Notes under the pieces: model-generated | Told to the model about the DNA's origin: nothing | What the model saw: only the letters and a program-made list of their open reading frames with translations | The model's database searches: none | Part shown: positions 10,233 to 21,719 of the stretch, piece by piece | Position numbering within the stretch: the stretch's first letter is position 1 | Layout: every line of letters begins with the position of its first letter | Source of the DNA: Candidatus Nanopelagicales bacterium | GTDB lineage: Bacteria; Actinomycetota; Actinomycetes; S36-B12 | Direction: 5' to 3' | DNA length: 54,611 nucleotides | NCBI GenBank assembly: GCA_009694585.1 | Contig: SHUQ01000004.1 | Span: 1 to 54,611, forward strand | Program-made: the position numbers and the translations under genes

Positions 10233-13200
10233 ATGTCTGTTCGGACCGGCTTACCTCCTGCGCAAGGGTTGTATCAACCAAATCGCGAACATGATGCCTG
10301 CGGTGTCGCTTTCGTTGCGACTTTGACCGGGGTCGGTTCCCATGAAGTTGTAGCTAAAGCCTTGACGGCCCTGCGCAACCTCGAGCATCGAGGTGCCTCG
10401 GGTAGTGAACCCGATAGCGGCGATGGGGCCGGAATTTTACTGCAGGTGCCCGATGCCTTCCTGCGGGCAAACGTGTCATTCGAGTTGCCAGCCGTGGGAC
10501 AATATGCGGTGGGTATCGCGTTCTTGCCTGAGGTTGACTCGGAGGTGTCCGCGAGTAAGAGCACGGTAGAGCGCATTGCGCGCGATGAAGGGCTGGTAGT
10601 TCTAGGTTGGCGCAAGGTGCCAACCGATCCAACTTTGGTCGGAATGACGGCGCAAAGCGTGATGCCGACCTTCGAACAATTGTTCTTGAGCTCGTCTCAA
10701 GGTAAGGCCGGCTTGGACCTCGATCGGCAAGTTTATGCGGTCCGCAAGCGGGCAGAACGCGATGCTGATATCTACTTCCCGTCACTTTCGTCGCGGACGA
10801 TCGTTTACAAAGGCATGTTGACTGCGGGGCAGCTACAGCCTTTCTACCCGGACCTATCCGATGCGTTGGTGACATCCGCCCTGGCTCTCGTGCACTCGCG
10901 TTTTTCAACAAATACATTTCCGTCATGGCCGTTGGCTCATCCGTATCGTTTCATCTCGCACAATGGGGAGATTAATACAGTTCAGGGTAATCGAAACTGG
11001 ATGCAGGCCCGTGAGTCCATGCTGACTTCCGCAATCATCCCAGGTGACATGACTCGGCTGTTTCCAATTTGTACCGGTGGTGGCAGTGATTCGGCATCAT
11101 TTGATGAAGTACTTGAATTGATTCATTTGGGAGGTCGGTCGCTCCCGCATGCAGTGTTGATGATGATCCCGGAGGCTTGGGAGAACCATCCAGACATCGA
11201 TCCAGCTCGCCGGGCTTTCTATGAATTCCATTCGACCCTGATGGAACCATGGGATGGTCCCGCGAATGTTTGTTTCACCGACGGCACGATTATCGGCGCG
11301 GTGCTGGATCGAAACGGCCTGCGCCCTGGCAGATTTTGGGTTACCGCGGACGGGTTGGTAGTGCTGGCTTCAGAATCTGGGGTGTTGGACTTAGACCCCG
11401 CCACAATAGTGCAAAAGGGCCGGCTGCAGCCGGGTCGGATGTTTCTCGTAGACACCGCCGCCGGACGCATTATCGATGATCATGAAGTCAAAGCAGAGTT
11501 GGCGGCGGCTGAGCCTTATGCAGATTGGCTGAATGAGGGCCTAGTGCATCTTGAAGAGTTGCCAGAGCGTGAGCACATCGTGCACACCCGCGACTCGGTC
11601 GCTCGGCGGCAGCAAACATTTGGCTACTCCGAAGAAGAACTAAGAGTCATCCTTGAGCCCATGGCCCGCATGGGCGCCGAGCCACTTGGGTCGATGGGTA
11701 CTGATACCCCAATTGCGGTGCTTTCTAATCGTCCAAGATTACTTTTCGACTATTTCCAGCAGTTATTTGCTCAAGTTACAAACCCGCCGCTTGATGCCAT
11801 CCGAGAGGAGATCGTAACTTCACTTTCAAGTCATATTGGTCCGGAAGGCAACTTGCTGGAAGCAACGGCAGGGCACTGCAAGCAGGTCGTTCTTCCATTC
11901 CCAGTGATTGATAACGATGAACTCTCCAAGGTCTTGCACATCAATGCCGATGGCACCATGCCGCGTTTTGCTGGGGTGCGCATCTCCGGGCTATATCCGG
12001 TCGCCGGCGGGGGAGAGGAACTCGGCCGATGTTTAAGTGAGATTTTCAATGAGGTTGATGCGGTCATTCGACAGGGGAAGCGCTTCATCGTGCTCTCCGA
12101 CCGCGACAGCGATGCGGTCAAAGCTCCCATTCCGTCGCTCTTGCTATGCGCAGCCGTTCACCATCACTTAGTGCGCACTAAGGCGCGCACCATGGTGACC
12201 ATGCTCGTTGAGGCCGGGGACGTGCGTGAAGTTCATCATGTCGCTCTACTTATCGGCTATGGCGCCGCTGCCGTAAACCCATATCTTGCACTTGAGTCGA
12301 TTGAAGATTTGGCCAGGCGCGGTGCGATTGAAGGGATCAGCCCGGAGCGCGCAATGCGCAACTTGGTTAAGTCGCTCGGCAAGGGTGTTCTGAAAGTTAT
12401 GAGCAAGATGGGCGTCTCAACCGTTGCTTCGTATCGCGGTGCGCAGATTTTCGAAGCCATTGGTTTGGCACAGTCGGTGGTGGACGCCTACTTCACCGGA
12501 ACTTCTTCTCGACTTGGTGGAGTGGGCCTCGACGTACTAGCGGCGGAGGTATCGGCGCGTCACGCGGTTGCTTATCCGCCATCTGGTATTTCACCAGCGC
12601 ACCGCACTTTGAATATTGGCGGTGAATACCAGTGGCGCCGCGAAGGTGAGCCGCACTTATTTGACCCGGATACGGTTTTTCGACTTCAGCATGCAACGCG
12701 CAATAAAAGATTCGATATTTTCCAGCAATATACAGCCGGTGTTAATCAGCAATCAGAGCGTCTAATGACCTTGCGTGGGCTATTTACGATGCGTGTCGGT
12801 CTTAGACCGGCGGTGCCACTTGATGAAGTGGAGTCGGGCGCAGCAATCATCAAGAGGTTTTCAACGGGGGCGATGTCGTACGGATCCATCTCATCGGAAG
12901 CACATGAGACATTAGCCATTGCCATGAATCGGATGGGCGCAAAGTCCAATACGGGTGAAGGCGGTGAAGACCCCGAGCGATATGTGGTGATGCCAAATGG
13001 TGATTCGAGGCGTTCTGCCATCAAGCAGGTTGCATCTGGTCGATTTGGAGTGACGAGTGAATACCTGGTGAATAGCGAAGATATCCAAATTAAAATGGCC
13101 CAGGGCGCCAAGCCCGGTGAGGGCGGTCAGTTGCCCGGCCACAAGGTTTATCCGTGGATCGCCAAAACTCGTCATTCAACCCCAGGCGTGGGTTTGATTT

Positions 13201-14765
13201 CGCCACCGCCGCACCATGACATCTATTCGATTGAAGATCTCGCGCAGTTGATCCATGACTTAAAGAATGCGAATCCGCTTGCTCGTATTCATGTCAAACT
13301 GGTATCGGAGGTGGGAGTCGGCACAGTCGCCGCGGGCGTGGCCAAAGCCCACGCTGACGTCGTGCTCATTTCTGGTCATGATGGCGGTACCGGAGCTTCA
13401 CCTCTTACTTCGCTAAAGCATGCGGGTGCGCCATGGGAGTTGGGTCTGGCTGAGGTGCAACAGACACTGATATTGAATGGACTCAGAGACCGCATTGTTG
13501 TGCAAACTGACGGCCAGTTGAAGACCGGGCGCGATGTTGTTATCGCAGCATTGCTTGGCGCGGAGGAATTCGGCTTTGCAACCGCCCCGCTGGTCGTTAT
13601 GGGCTGCGTAATGATGCGGGTTTGTCATCTCGATACTTGTCCGGTGGGCGTTGCTACCCAGAACCCGGTACTTCGTGAGCGCTTCACGGGTGAGCCGGAG
13701 TTCGTCGAGACATTTTTTGAGTACATAGCTGAAGAAGTTCGCGGGTATTTAGCAGAACTTGGTTTTCGTACTCTTGAAGAAGCCGTGGGCCATGCAGAGT
13801 TCTTGGATGTTGAGGGGGCCGTCAGGCATTGGAAGACCGCCGGTCTAGATCTAACACTAATTATGCACGTTCCTGCCGGTGCGCAAGATGCACCTCGACA
13901 CCAGCAGATTTCGCAAGATCACGGGTTAGACCGGGCTTTGGATGTCGAGTTGATAACCCTTTGTGCCCCAGCGTTGGAGCGGGCAGAGCCGGTGCAGGCG
14001 CGATTGGCAATCCGCAACGTAAATCGGACCGTGGGCACAATGTTGGGGTCAGAGGTGACACGGCGACATGGTGGGGGTGGTTTACCCGATGGCACCATTG
14101 ACCTGACCTTTGTCGGGTCTGCCGGGCAGTCCTTTGGTGCCTTTCTTCCGCGTGGGATAACCCTTCGCCTCGTGGGCGATGCGAATGACTATGTTGGGAA
14201 GGGGCTCTCGGGAGGGCAGATCGTGGTGCATCCGGCGCCCGAGGCTACCTTCGTTGCCGAAGCCAACATTATTGCCGGCAACGTCATTGGCTACGGGGCT
14301 ACCAGCGGTGCCATTTATCTGCGCGGTCGAGTCGGTGAGCGTTTTTGTGTTCGCAACTCCGGCGCAACCGCGGTGGTTGAAGGTGTTGGGGACCATGCAT
14401 GTGAATACATGACTGGGGGCCGCGTGGTGGTTTTGGGTGGCACCGGCCGCAACCTCGGTGCTGGTATGTCCGGTGGCGTTGCTTATGTACTGGATCTGCT
14501 CCCGGGGATGGTTAACCCAGAGATGGTGGATTTAGATCCGCTTTCGACCGCAGATCTTGATGAGTTGCAATTAATTGTTCGTGATCATTTTGAAGCGACA
14601 CAGTCTGAGGTAGCGCGATTACTTCTTGATGAGTGGCCAGTAAGCGGTGGTCGCTTCACCAAGATCATGCCGAAGGACTTCAAGCGCGTGCTAGCGCTGA
14701 GCGCGCAAGCACTGGCCGACGGGCTGGACCCAGCAACTTTGGTAATGGTAGGAAATCGTGGCTGA
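10233..14765 (+). CDS. gltB: glutamate synthase large subunit
   Basis: EHDACGV amidotransferase start, [44 protein letters not shown] Fe-S motif. Confidence 0.98.
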   Translation: MSVRTGLPPAQGLYQPNREHDACGVAFVATLTGVGSHEVVAKALTALRNLEHRGASGSEPDSGDGAGILLQVPDAFLRANVSFELPAVGQYAVGIAFLPEVDSEVSASKSTVERIARDEGLVVLGWRKVPTDPTLVGMTAQSVMPTFEQLFLSSSQGKAGLDLDRQVYAVRKRAERDADIYFPSLSSRTIVYKGMLTAGQLQPFYPDLSDALVTSALALVHSRFSTNTFPSWPLAHPYRFISHNGEINTVQGNRNWMQARESMLTSAIIPGDMTRLFPICTGGGSDSASFDEVLELIHLGGRSLPHAVLMMIPEAWENHPDIDPARRAFYEFHSTLMEPWDGPANVCFTDGTIIGAVLDRNGLRPGRFWVTADGLVVLASESGVLDLDPATIVQKGRLQPGRMFLVDTAAGRIIDDHEVKAELAAAEPYADWLNEGLVHLEELPEREHIVHTRDSVARRQQTFGYSEEELRVILEPMARMGAEPLGSMGTDTPIAVLSNRPRLLFDYFQQLFAQVTNPPLDAIREEIVTSLSSHIGPEGNLLEATAGHCKQVVLPFPVIDNDELSKVLHINADGTMPRFAGVRISGLYPVAGGGEELGRCLSEIFNEVDAVIRQGKRFIVLSDRDSDAVKAPIPSLLLCAAVHHHLVRTKARTMVTMLVEAGDVREVHHVALLIGYGAAAVNPYLALESIEDLARRGAIEGISPERAMRNLVKSLGKGVLKVMSKMGVSTVASYRGAQIFEAIGLAQSVVDAYFTGTSSRLGGVGLDVLAAEVSARHAVAYPPSGISPAHRTLNIGGEYQWRREGEPHLFDPDTVFRLQHATRNKRFDIFQQYTAGVNQQSERLMTLRGLFTMRVGLRPAVPLDEVESGAAIIKRFSTGAMSYGSISSEAHETLAIAMNRMGAKSNTGEGGEDPERYVVMPNGDSRRSAIKQVASGRFGVTSEYLVNSEDIQIKMAQGAKPGEGGQLPGHKVYPWIAKTRHSTPGVGLISPPPHHDIYSIEDLAQLIHDLKNANPLARIHVKLVSEVGVGTVAAGVAKAHADVVLISGHDGGTGASPLTSLKHAGAPWELGLAEVQQTLILNGLRDRIVVQTDGQLKTGRDVVIAALLGAEEFGFATAPLVVMGCVMMRVCHLDTCPVGVATQNPVLRERFTGEPEFVETFFEYIAEEVRGYLAELGFRTLEEAVGHAEFLDVEGAVRHWKTAGLDLTLIMHVPAGAQDAPRHQQISQDHGLDRALDVELITLCAPALERAEPVQARLAIRNVNRTVGTMLGSEVTRRHGGGGLPDGTIDLTFVGSAGQSFGAFLPRGITLRLVGDANDYVGKGLSGGQIVVHPAPEATFVAEANIIAGNVIGYGATSGAIYLRGRVGERFCVRNSGATAVVEGVGDHACEYMTGGRVVVLGGTGRNLGAGMSGGVAYVLDLLPGMVNPEMVDLDPLSTADLDELQLIVRDHFEATQSEVARLLLDEWPVSGGRFTKIMPKDFKRVLALSAQALADGLDPATLVMVGNRG

Positions 14766-16212
14766 TCCAAAGGGTTTCTTAAACACTGACCGTGAACTTC
14801 CGGTGCGGCGTCCGGTAGATATTCGTTTGCAAGATTGGCGTGAAGTGTATCTGGAGTTCGGCACTGACCGGCTAGAGAAACAAGCTGGCCGTTGCATGGA
14901 TTGCGGTATCCCGTTCTGCCATAACGGTTGTCCCCTTGGCAATTTGATCCCGGAGTGGAATGACCTAGTCTGGCGGGGGGATTGGCAGGCCGCAAGTGAG
15001 CGGTTGCATGCGACCAATAACTTCCCAGAATTCACCGGACGCTTGTGTCCGGCTCCGTGCGAAACCGCATGTGTTCTTGGCATTAATGCCGATGCGGTGA
15101 CGATCAAACAGGTAGAAGTCTCGATTATCGACAAAGCCTGGGAGCAGGGGTGGGTGACCCCGCAGCCACCCGAGCGACTTTCCGGTAAGACGATTGCGGT
15201 AATCGGATCAGGCCCTGCCGGTTTGGCGGCAGCGCAGCAATTAGCCAGAGCAGGTCACACGGTTGCGGTCTATGAGCGGGCAGATCGGATAGGCGGCCTG
15301 CTGCGTTACGGCATCCCAGAATTCAAGATGGAGAAAACCCATCTTGATAACAGGTTGGCCCAACTCGTTGCCGAAGGGGTCAAGTTCCGCGCCGGAGTAG
15401 ATGTCGGAACTGATATTTCCGGTGCGGATTTGCGGCGGCGGTACGACGCGGTGGTCCTGGCGATAGGTGCCACGAAGTGGCGTGACCTGCCTATTGCCGG
15501 ACGCGAACTGCGCGGGGTTTATCAAGCAATGGAAGTACTGCCGTTGGCCAATCGGGTTCAGGAAGGTGATCTGGCACTTTCCCCCATTGATTTGAGTGGC
15601 AAGCAGGTTGTAATCATTGGCGGAGGCGACACGGGAGCCGATTGCCTTGGGACCGTCCACCGCCAAGGCGCGGCATCGGTAACGCAGTTGGAAATCTTGC
15701 CGCTACCGCCGACTATCCGTCCGGGTACCCAGCCTTGGCCTACGTATCCGATGACTTACCGAACCACCAGTGCCCACGAGGAAGGTGGCGAGCGAATATT
15801 TGCGGTAGCCACCGAAGCCTTTATCGATGACGGCACCGGCCAGCTGGCGGCACTGCAAATTGTTGATGTGGAAGCTCGCGATGGGGGTTTCCATCCGATT
15901 GCTGGCTCGGCACGTGAATTGCCCGCAGATGTGGTTCTTCTGGCGATGGGCTTCACCGGCCCCGAGCCCGGCTTGGTGATAGGCCAGTTGGGCTTAGAAC
16001 TAGATGAACGCGGCACCGTAAAGCGGTATGCCGATTACCGGACTGACGTGGATGGGGTTTATGTATGCGGTGATGCCGGACGGGGCCAGTCACTCATCGT
16101 TTGGGCCATCGCCGAAGGCCGGGCGACTGCGGCGGCGGTGGATAAGTACCTAACCGGTACCACGAACCTGCCGGCACCGATTGCGGCTACGGCGCGGCCA
16201 CTTGTGGTATGA
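14758..16212 (+). CDS. gltD: glutamate synthase small subunit
   Basis: [47 protein letters not shown] motifs. Confidence 0.97.
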   Translation: MADPKGFLNTDRELPVRRPVDIRLQDWREVYLEFGTDRLEKQAGRCMDCGIPFCHNGCPLGNLIPEWNDLVWRGDWQAASERLHATNNFPEFTGRLCPAPCETACVLGINADAVTIKQVEVSIIDKAWEQGWVTPQPPERLSGKTIAVIGSGPAGLAAAQQLARAGHTVAVYERADRIGGLLRYGIPEFKMEKTHLDNRLAQLVAEGVKFRAGVDVGTDISGADLRRRYDAVVLAIGATKWRDLPIAGRELRGVYQAMEVLPLANRVQEGDLALSPIDLSGKQVVIIGGGDTGADCLGTVHRQGAASVTQLEILPLPPTIRPGTQPWPTYPMTYRTTSAHEEGGERIFAVATEAFIDDGTGQLAALQIVDVEARDGGFHPIAGSARELPADVVLLAMGFTGPEPGLVIGQLGLELDERGTVKRYADYRTDVDGVYVCGDAGRGQSLIVWAIAEGRATAAAVDKYLTGTTNLPAPIAATARPLVV

Positions 16213-16247
16213 CAGCGCTTACAAGCCATTGGGCTAGGATCTAAGGC

Positions 16248-17672
16248 ATGCGCCGGGCGAAGATCGTTGTCACTTTAGGGCCGGCTAGTTCTTCCTTGGA
16301 GAGTATTCGCGCCCTTATCGCCGCCGGCATGGATGTGGCGCGCCTCAACCTTTCACACGGTGCCCATGAAGAGCACATTGCGGCGTATGCGGCGGTGCGC
16401 CAAGCGGCCGATGAGGCTGGTCGGGGAGTTGGGATCTTGGTCGACCTGCAAGGTCCAAAGATTCGACTTGGCCGCTTCGAGTCGGGGCCGGTGCTGCTAG
16501 AAGTCGGGGCCGAATTCATCGTCACTACCGAAGATGTCCCTGGTGATGTGACAATGGTATCCACGACGTACGCAGGGTTGCCGGGCGATGTGCACCCCGG
16601 CGATCAGGTTTTGGTTGATGACGGCCGGATTTCGCTAGAAGTAGTTGCTGTTGATGGTCCGCGCGTGGTCACGCGGGTAATTGAAGGTGGCCGAGTATCG
16701 GATAACAAGGGTTTTAATCTGCCCGGGGTGGCCGTCAGCGTGCCAGCTATGTCCGAGAAAGATGTTGATGATTTGCGGTGGGCGCTGCGTATCGGCGCCG
16801 ACCTGATCGCTTTGTCCTTTGTCCGATCGGCTGCCGACATAACAGACGTTCATCGCATTATGGATGAAGAAGGTGTGCGACTTCCGGTGCTTGCGAAAGT
16901 CGAGAAACCGCAAGCGGTTGACAACCTCGAGGAGATTGTTGAGGCATTTGACGGCGTGATGGTGGCCCGCGGTGACCTCGGCGTGGAATTGCCGCTCGAA
17001 GCGGTGCCTTTGGTGCAAAAACGCGCGATTCAGTTGTGCCGTGAAGTGTCCAAGCCGGTAATTGTCGCTACCCAGATGCTCGATTCGATGATCACCGCCA
17101 CCAGACCCACTCGCGCTGAGGTCAGTGATGTGGCAAATGCGGTGCTCGATGGCGCTGACGCCTTGATGCTGTCGGGGGAGACCAGCGTAGGTGAGCACCC
17201 CAACTTGGTAATCGAGACTATGGCCAGAATCATCGAGCACGTTGAAGGGGAAGCACTGACCTCGCTGCCACCCTTAGATGATGAGCGTGAAGGTTCAACC
17301 GCTCGGGCGCTCACCCGTGCCGCGGTGGGTGTTGCCGATGATATTGAAGCAACCCATCTAATTGCCTTTACCGAGACCGGGTTATCAGCGCGCCTTATTG
17401 CTCGGTGGCGCAACCAAACCCCACTACTTGCATTCACCCCGAACGCTCGGGTGCGCAGCCAGCTTTCTTTGGTTTGGGGGGTCGAGACATTCTTGGTAGC
17501 CGGGGTCATACATACCGACGACATGGTGGCGCAGGTAGACCGAGCACTTCTCGATATCGGGCGCGCGACAGCAGGTGATCGAGTCGTCATTGTCGCGGGG
17601 GTGCCACCTGGTATACCGGGAACCACGAACGGCATGCGGGTGCACAAAATTGGCTCCGGTCCGCGCGGCTGA
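16248..17672 (+). CDS. pyk: pyruvate kinase
   Basis: RRAKIVVTLGP, ARLNLSHG, DLQGPKIR, MVARGDLGVE, ATQMLDSM motifs. Confidence 0.98.
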   Translation: MRRAKIVVTLGPASSSLESIRALIAAGMDVARLNLSHGAHEEHIAAYAAVRQAADEAGRGVGILVDLQGPKIRLGRFESGPVLLEVGAEFIVTTEDVPGDVTMVSTTYAGLPGDVHPGDQVLVDDGRISLEVVAVDGPRVVTRVIEGGRVSDNKGFNLPGVAVSVPAMSEKDVDDLRWALRIGADLIALSFVRSAADITDVHRIMDEEGVRLPVLAKVEKPQAVDNLEEIVEAFDGVMVARGDLGVELPLEAVPLVQKRAIQLCREVSKPVIVATQMLDSMITATRPTRAEVSDVANAVLDGADALMLSGETSVGEHPNLVIETMARIIEHVEGEALTSLPPLDDEREGSTARALTRAAVGVADDIEATHLIAFTETGLSARLIARWRNQTPLLAFTPNARVRSQLSLVWGVETFLVAGVIHTDDMVAQVDRALLDIGRATAGDRVVIVAGVPPGIPGTTNGMRVHKIGSGPRG

Positions 17673-17691
17673 GTTGTTTCAAAAACACCTG

Positions 17692-17700
17692 TGCTATGAT
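17692..17700 (+). promoter_or_regulatory. extended -10 promoter of the pyr operon
   Basis: TGcTATGAT just upstream of the PyrR site. Confidence 0.55.
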
Positions 17701-17714
17701 AAACTCGTTAGACG

Positions 17715-17749
17715 TCCTTTAAGTCCGTCCAGTGAGACGGGGAAGGGGG
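17715..17749 (+). promoter_or_regulatory. PyrR-binding RNA element overlapping the pyrR Shine-Dalgarno
   Basis: CCTTTAAGTCCGTCCAGTGAGACGGGGAAGG fits the PyrR binding-loop pattern (TTTAA...TCCAGnGAG...AAGG). Confidence 0.8.
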
Positions 17750-17758
17750 TCCATTTTC

Positions 17759-18334
17759 ATGGATTCGGCTTTCACAGATTCAGCGTTCAGTGGTCCTGCA
17801 CGGTCGGTGGTGCTAGATGCGGGTGATATTGGTCGGGCGATTAGGCGCATTGCACATGAGATTGTGGAGCGCAATAAGGGCGCGGCCGACCTAATTTTGC
17901 TGGGAATTCCAACCCGGGGTGTGTTCCTAGCCAGTCGCATTGCTGCCTCTATTGAGCAAATTGACGGCGAGGTCGTAGCTGTTGGTGCCCTTGATGTCAC
18001 CTTGTACCGAGATGACCTGCGACTGCGTCCGACTCGGGCGCTGGAACCGAGCGCCATCCCAGATAGCGGCGTAGATGACAAAGTCGTAGTCCTAATTGAT
18101 GATGTGCTCTTTTCTGGGCGCACAATTCGGGCAGCTCTTGACGCACTGAATGACATCGGGCGCCCACGCGCTGTGCAACTTGCTGCCCTAGTCGATAGGG
18201 GGCACAGAGAGTTGCCCATTCGTGCCGACTTCGTGGGCAAGAACCTGCCTACCGCATTAGCGGAGCAGGTGCGGGTGCGCCTAATTGAGTTCGACGATAG
18301 AGATGAAGTCTCCATCGAGGGTGGCTCGAACTAG
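17759..18334 (+). CDS. pyrR: bifunctional pyr regulator / uracil phosphoribosyltransferase
   Basis: [45 protein letters not shown] motifs. Confidence 0.97.
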   Translation: MDSAFTDSAFSGPARSVVLDAGDIGRAIRRIAHEIVERNKGAADLILLGIPTRGVFLASRIAASIEQIDGEVVAVGALDVTLYRDDLRLRPTRALEPSAIPDSGVDDKVVVLIDDVLFSGRTIRAALDALNDIGRPRAVQLAALVDRGHRELPIRADFVGKNLPTALAEQVRVRLIEFDDRDEVSIEGGSN

Positions 18335-19285
18335 ATGCGACACTTACTTTCTGCCGGTGACTTGGACGTAGATTCTGCCTGCCTGATCCTCGATACCGCG
18401 GCGCAGTTGGCGTCTGTGACCGATCGTTCGGTAAAGAAACTACCAACTTTACGCGGCCGTACCGTGGTTAATTTATTCTTTGAGGATTCCACTCGAACGA
18501 GAATTTCATTCGAGATTGCAGCCAAGCGACTCTCGGCCGATGTCATAAACTTTGTCGCCAAGAGTTCTAGTGTTTCGAAAGGCGAAAGTCTTAAAGACAC
18601 TGCGCTCACCTTGGAGGCTATGGGTGCTGACGCCGTCGTAATTCGACATAGTTCGTCAGGGGCGCCGCATCGCTTGGCGACGGCGGGTTGGATCCAAGGC
18701 AGCGTAGTTAATGCGGGTGACGGCACACACGAGCATCCAACGCAGGCACTGCTTGATGCATTCACACTTCGGCACCACTTACGTGATGGCACCGGGGATC
18801 TAGCCGGGCTGCGAGTGGCAATAGTTGGGGATATCTTGCACAGTCGGGTAGCAAGGTCCAATGTGCTGCTACTCCGCACTCTTGGCGCTCATGCAACGGT
18901 GGTAGCGCCTCCAACTTTACTTCCATACGGTGTAAACGAATGGCCCTGCTCGGTTAGTTACGACCTTGACGAGGTGCTGCCGAATGTTGACGCGGTCATG
19001 ATGCTCAGGGTGCAGACAGAGCGCATGCAAGCGGCGTACTTCCCGTCAGTCAATGAGTACAGCCGTAGATATGGGTTAGATATTCGCAGGATGGGTTTGT
19101 TGCCACCGCATGCGATCATCTTGCACCCGGGCCCAATGAATCGGGGTATGGAGATTTCGGCAGATGTTGCTGACAGCACGCGCGCGGTGATGGCCGAGCA
19201 AGTTGCCAACGGGGTGAGCATTCGCATGGCTGTTCTTTATCTACTTCTTGGTGGCATGAGTGAAGATGACAGGAAGGGCCTTTGA
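18335..19285 (+). CDS. pyrB: aspartate carbamoyltransferase
   Basis: [32 protein letters not shown] motifs. Confidence 0.97.
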   Translation: MRHLLSAGDLDVDSACLILDTAAQLASVTDRSVKKLPTLRGRTVVNLFFEDSTRTRISFEIAAKRLSADVINFVAKSSSVSKGESLKDTALTLEAMGADAVVIRHSSSGAPHRLATAGWIQGSVVNAGDGTHEHPTQALLDAFTLRHHLRDGTGDLAGLRVAIVGDILHSRVARSNVLLLRTLGAHATVVAPPTLLPYGVNEWPCSVSYDLDEVLPNVDAVMMLRVQTERMQAAYFPSVNEYSRRYGLDIRRMGLLPPHAIILHPGPMNRGMEISADVADSTRAVMAEQVANGVSIRMAVLYLLLGGMSEDDRKGL

Positions 19286-20577
19286 TGACGAGCGAGAGCA
19301 CGGTAATTCGCGGAGTGTGCCCGTATGGTGAAGAACCTGTTGATTTTGTCATCGCTGGGGGGGTGATTGCGGAGATCGTCAAGGCGGGTACCGGTGCTGG
19401 CCGAGTTATCGATGGGTCCGATCTAATCGCGCTACCTGGTTTTGTGGACGTGCACACGCATTTGCGTGAACCCGGGCACGAGGATGCTGAGACCGTTGAG
19501 ACCGGATCACGGGCTGCGGCCCTTGGCGGGTTCACCGCTGTCTTCGCCATGGCAAATACTTCGCCGGTTGCTGATACCGCGGGGGTCGTCGAGCAGGTGT
19601 GGCATCTAGGTCAAGAAACCGGATTGGTCGATGTCATCCCGGTGGGAGCGGTCACCGTTGGTCTAGGTGGTGAGCACTTGGCTGAACTTGGCGCCATGGC
19701 AACTTCGGTGGCGCAGGTTCGGATGTTTAGCGATGACGGTAAGTGCGTTCATGATGCCGCGATCATGCGCAGGGCCCTTGAATATGTAAAGGCATTCGAC
19801 GGTGTCATTGCCCAACATGCCCAAGAACCAAGATTGACAGTTGACGCCCAAATGAACGAAGGCGCGCTGTCGGGGCAACTTGGCCTCACGGGCTGGCCCA
19901 GTGTTGCTGAAGAATCTATTGTCGCGCGGGATGTGCTACTCGCAGAGCATGTTAATTCGCGGCTACATGTTTGCCATGTGTCAACGGCCGGTTCGGTAGA
20001 TGTCATCAGGTGGGCCAAAAGTCGCGGTATCAAGGTCACCGCCGAAGTTACGCCCCATCATTTACTTCTTACCGAGGATCTTGTTGCTAGTTATGACCCG
20101 GTCTACAAAGTAAATCCACCACTTAGAACCAGAGCAGATATAGCGGCGTTACGAGCCGCATTGGCAGATGGCACGATCGATGCCATTGCCACCGATCATG
20201 CGCCGCACCCTCATGAAGATAAGGATTGCGAGTGGGCGGCCGCGGCATTCGGCATGCTCGGGTTACAGACTTCATTTAGTATCGCGGTGTTAACCATGAT
20301 TGATTCCGGGCTACTTGACTGGCGCGCCCTCGCCGACCGGATGTCGGTGCGCCCGGCCCGGATCGGCCATGCGGTCGGGCACGGGCACGACTTAGTTGTT
20401 GGCGTTCCGGCGAATATCTGCGTGGTTGATCCGGCTGCATCTTGGGTGGTGGAACCTTTGACATTCGTTTCGAAAAGTCGAAACAGTCCGTATTCAGGGA
20501 TGACATTGCCGGGCAAAGTCGTCCATGTATTTAAGGCGGGTAAAGCGACTGTTGTCGATGGCGGGCTCGCGTGGTGA
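19282..20577 (+). CDS. pyrC: dihydroorotase
   Basis: [24 protein letters not shown] motifs. Confidence 0.96.
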   Translation: MMTSESTVIRGVCPYGEEPVDFVIAGGVIAEIVKAGTGAGRVIDGSDLIALPGFVDVHTHLREPGHEDAETVETGSRAAALGGFTAVFAMANTSPVADTAGVVEQVWHLGQETGLVDVIPVGAVTVGLGGEHLAELGAMATSVAQVRMFSDDGKCVHDAAIMRRALEYVKAFDGVIAQHAQEPRLTVDAQMNEGALSGQLGLTGWPSVAEESIVARDVLLAEHVNSRLHVCHVSTAGSVDVIRWAKSRGIKVTAEVTPHHLLLTEDLVASYDPVYKVNPPLRTRADIAALRAALADGTIDAIATDHAPHPHEDKDCEWAAAAFGMLGLQTSFSIAVLTMIDSGLLDWRALADRMSVRPARIGHAVGHGHDLVVGVPANICVVDPAASWVVEPLTFVSKSRNSPYSGMTLPGKVVHVFKAGKATVVDGGLAW

Positions 20578-21719
20578 ATAGTGGCTCGGTCAAGCCAAAG
20601 TCTCGTGAATCAGCGGTTTTGGTACTCGAGGACGGTCGGGTGGCTCGGGGCCGGAGTTATGGGGCGCTAGGTGCCACCTTCGGTGAGGCGGTATTTAACA
20701 CCGGGATGACCGGTTACCAGGAAACCTTGACTGATCCGTCTTACCACCGCCAGGTGGTGATTATGACCGCCCCACATATTGGCAATACCGGAGTCAATGA
20801 CGAGGACGCCGAGTCTGCACGTATTTGGGTGTCTGGATACGTCGTGCGAGACCCCGCACGGGTTTCTTCGAATTGGCGGGCCAAGCGCGAACTAGAAGAT
20901 GACCTACTCGATCAAGGTATCGTGGGGATTTGCGATGTCGACACCCGGGCGCTGACCAGGCACCTACGCGAACGTGGTGCGATGCGTGTCGGCATTTTTG
21001 CTGGTGAGCATGCCGGCCTATCAATTGATGCGCTATTGGCTCAAGTTCGGTCGAGCCCGGCGATGAAAGGTGCGGATCTGACAGGTGAGGTGAGCACAGC
21101 TAGCCCTTATCTGGTGCCGGCCATCGGCACCTGTCAATTTAAGGTTGTTGCGGTTGACCTCGGGATCAAGACCATGACACCGCATCGGCTCGCGCAGCGC
21201 GGTATCGAGGTGCAAGTGGTTCCGTCGACTGTCACGGCATCGGAGATCTTGGCCAAGAATCCCGACGGAGTGTTCTTCTCTAACGGCCCCGGTGATCCGG
21301 CGACCGCTGACGGCGCCGTGGCGGTGATGTCGGAGTTGCTCTTTGCCCGGGTACCCATTTTCGGAATTTGTTTCGGTAATCAGATTCTGGGTAGAGCCCT
21401 TGGATTGGGGACATACAAATTGCGCTATGGCCACCGCGGCATCAATTCGCCGGTTCAGGATCTGCGTACAGGGCGGGTTAGTGTCACCGCGCACAATCAT
21501 GGTTTCGCTGTCGATGCCCCGCGCAGGGGAGCATTTCAGACGCCATTTGGTTTGGCGGAGGTAAGTCACGTTTGCCTAAATGACGATGTTGTCGAAGGTT
21601 TGCGCCTCCTTGAGGTGCCAGCGTTCAGTGTTCAGTATCACCCGGAGGCGGCGGCTGGCCCGCATGATGGAGCGGGCCTATTCGATGAGTTTGTTGATTT
21701 GATGAAAGCTGGCCGTTAA
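20574..21719 (+). CDS. carA: carbamoyl-phosphate synthase small subunit
   Basis: [30 protein letters not shown] motifs; GTGA overlap with pyrC (GTG 20571 also possible). Confidence 0.97.
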   Translation: MNSGSVKPKSRESAVLVLEDGRVARGRSYGALGATFGEAVFNTGMTGYQETLTDPSYHRQVVIMTAPHIGNTGVNDEDAESARIWVSGYVVRDPARVSSNWRAKRELEDDLLDQGIVGICDVDTRALTRHLRERGAMRVGIFAGEHAGLSIDALLAQVRSSPAMKGADLTGEVSTASPYLVPAIGTCQFKVVAVDLGIKTMTPHRLAQRGIEVQVVPSTVTASEILAKNPDGVFFSNGPGDPATADGAVAVMSELLFARVPIFGICFGNQILGRALGLGTYKLRYGHRGINSPVQDLRTGRVSVTAHNHGFAVDAPRRGAFQTPFGLAEVSHVCLNDDVVEGLRLLEVPAFSVQYHPEAAAGPHDGAGLFDEFVDLMKAGR

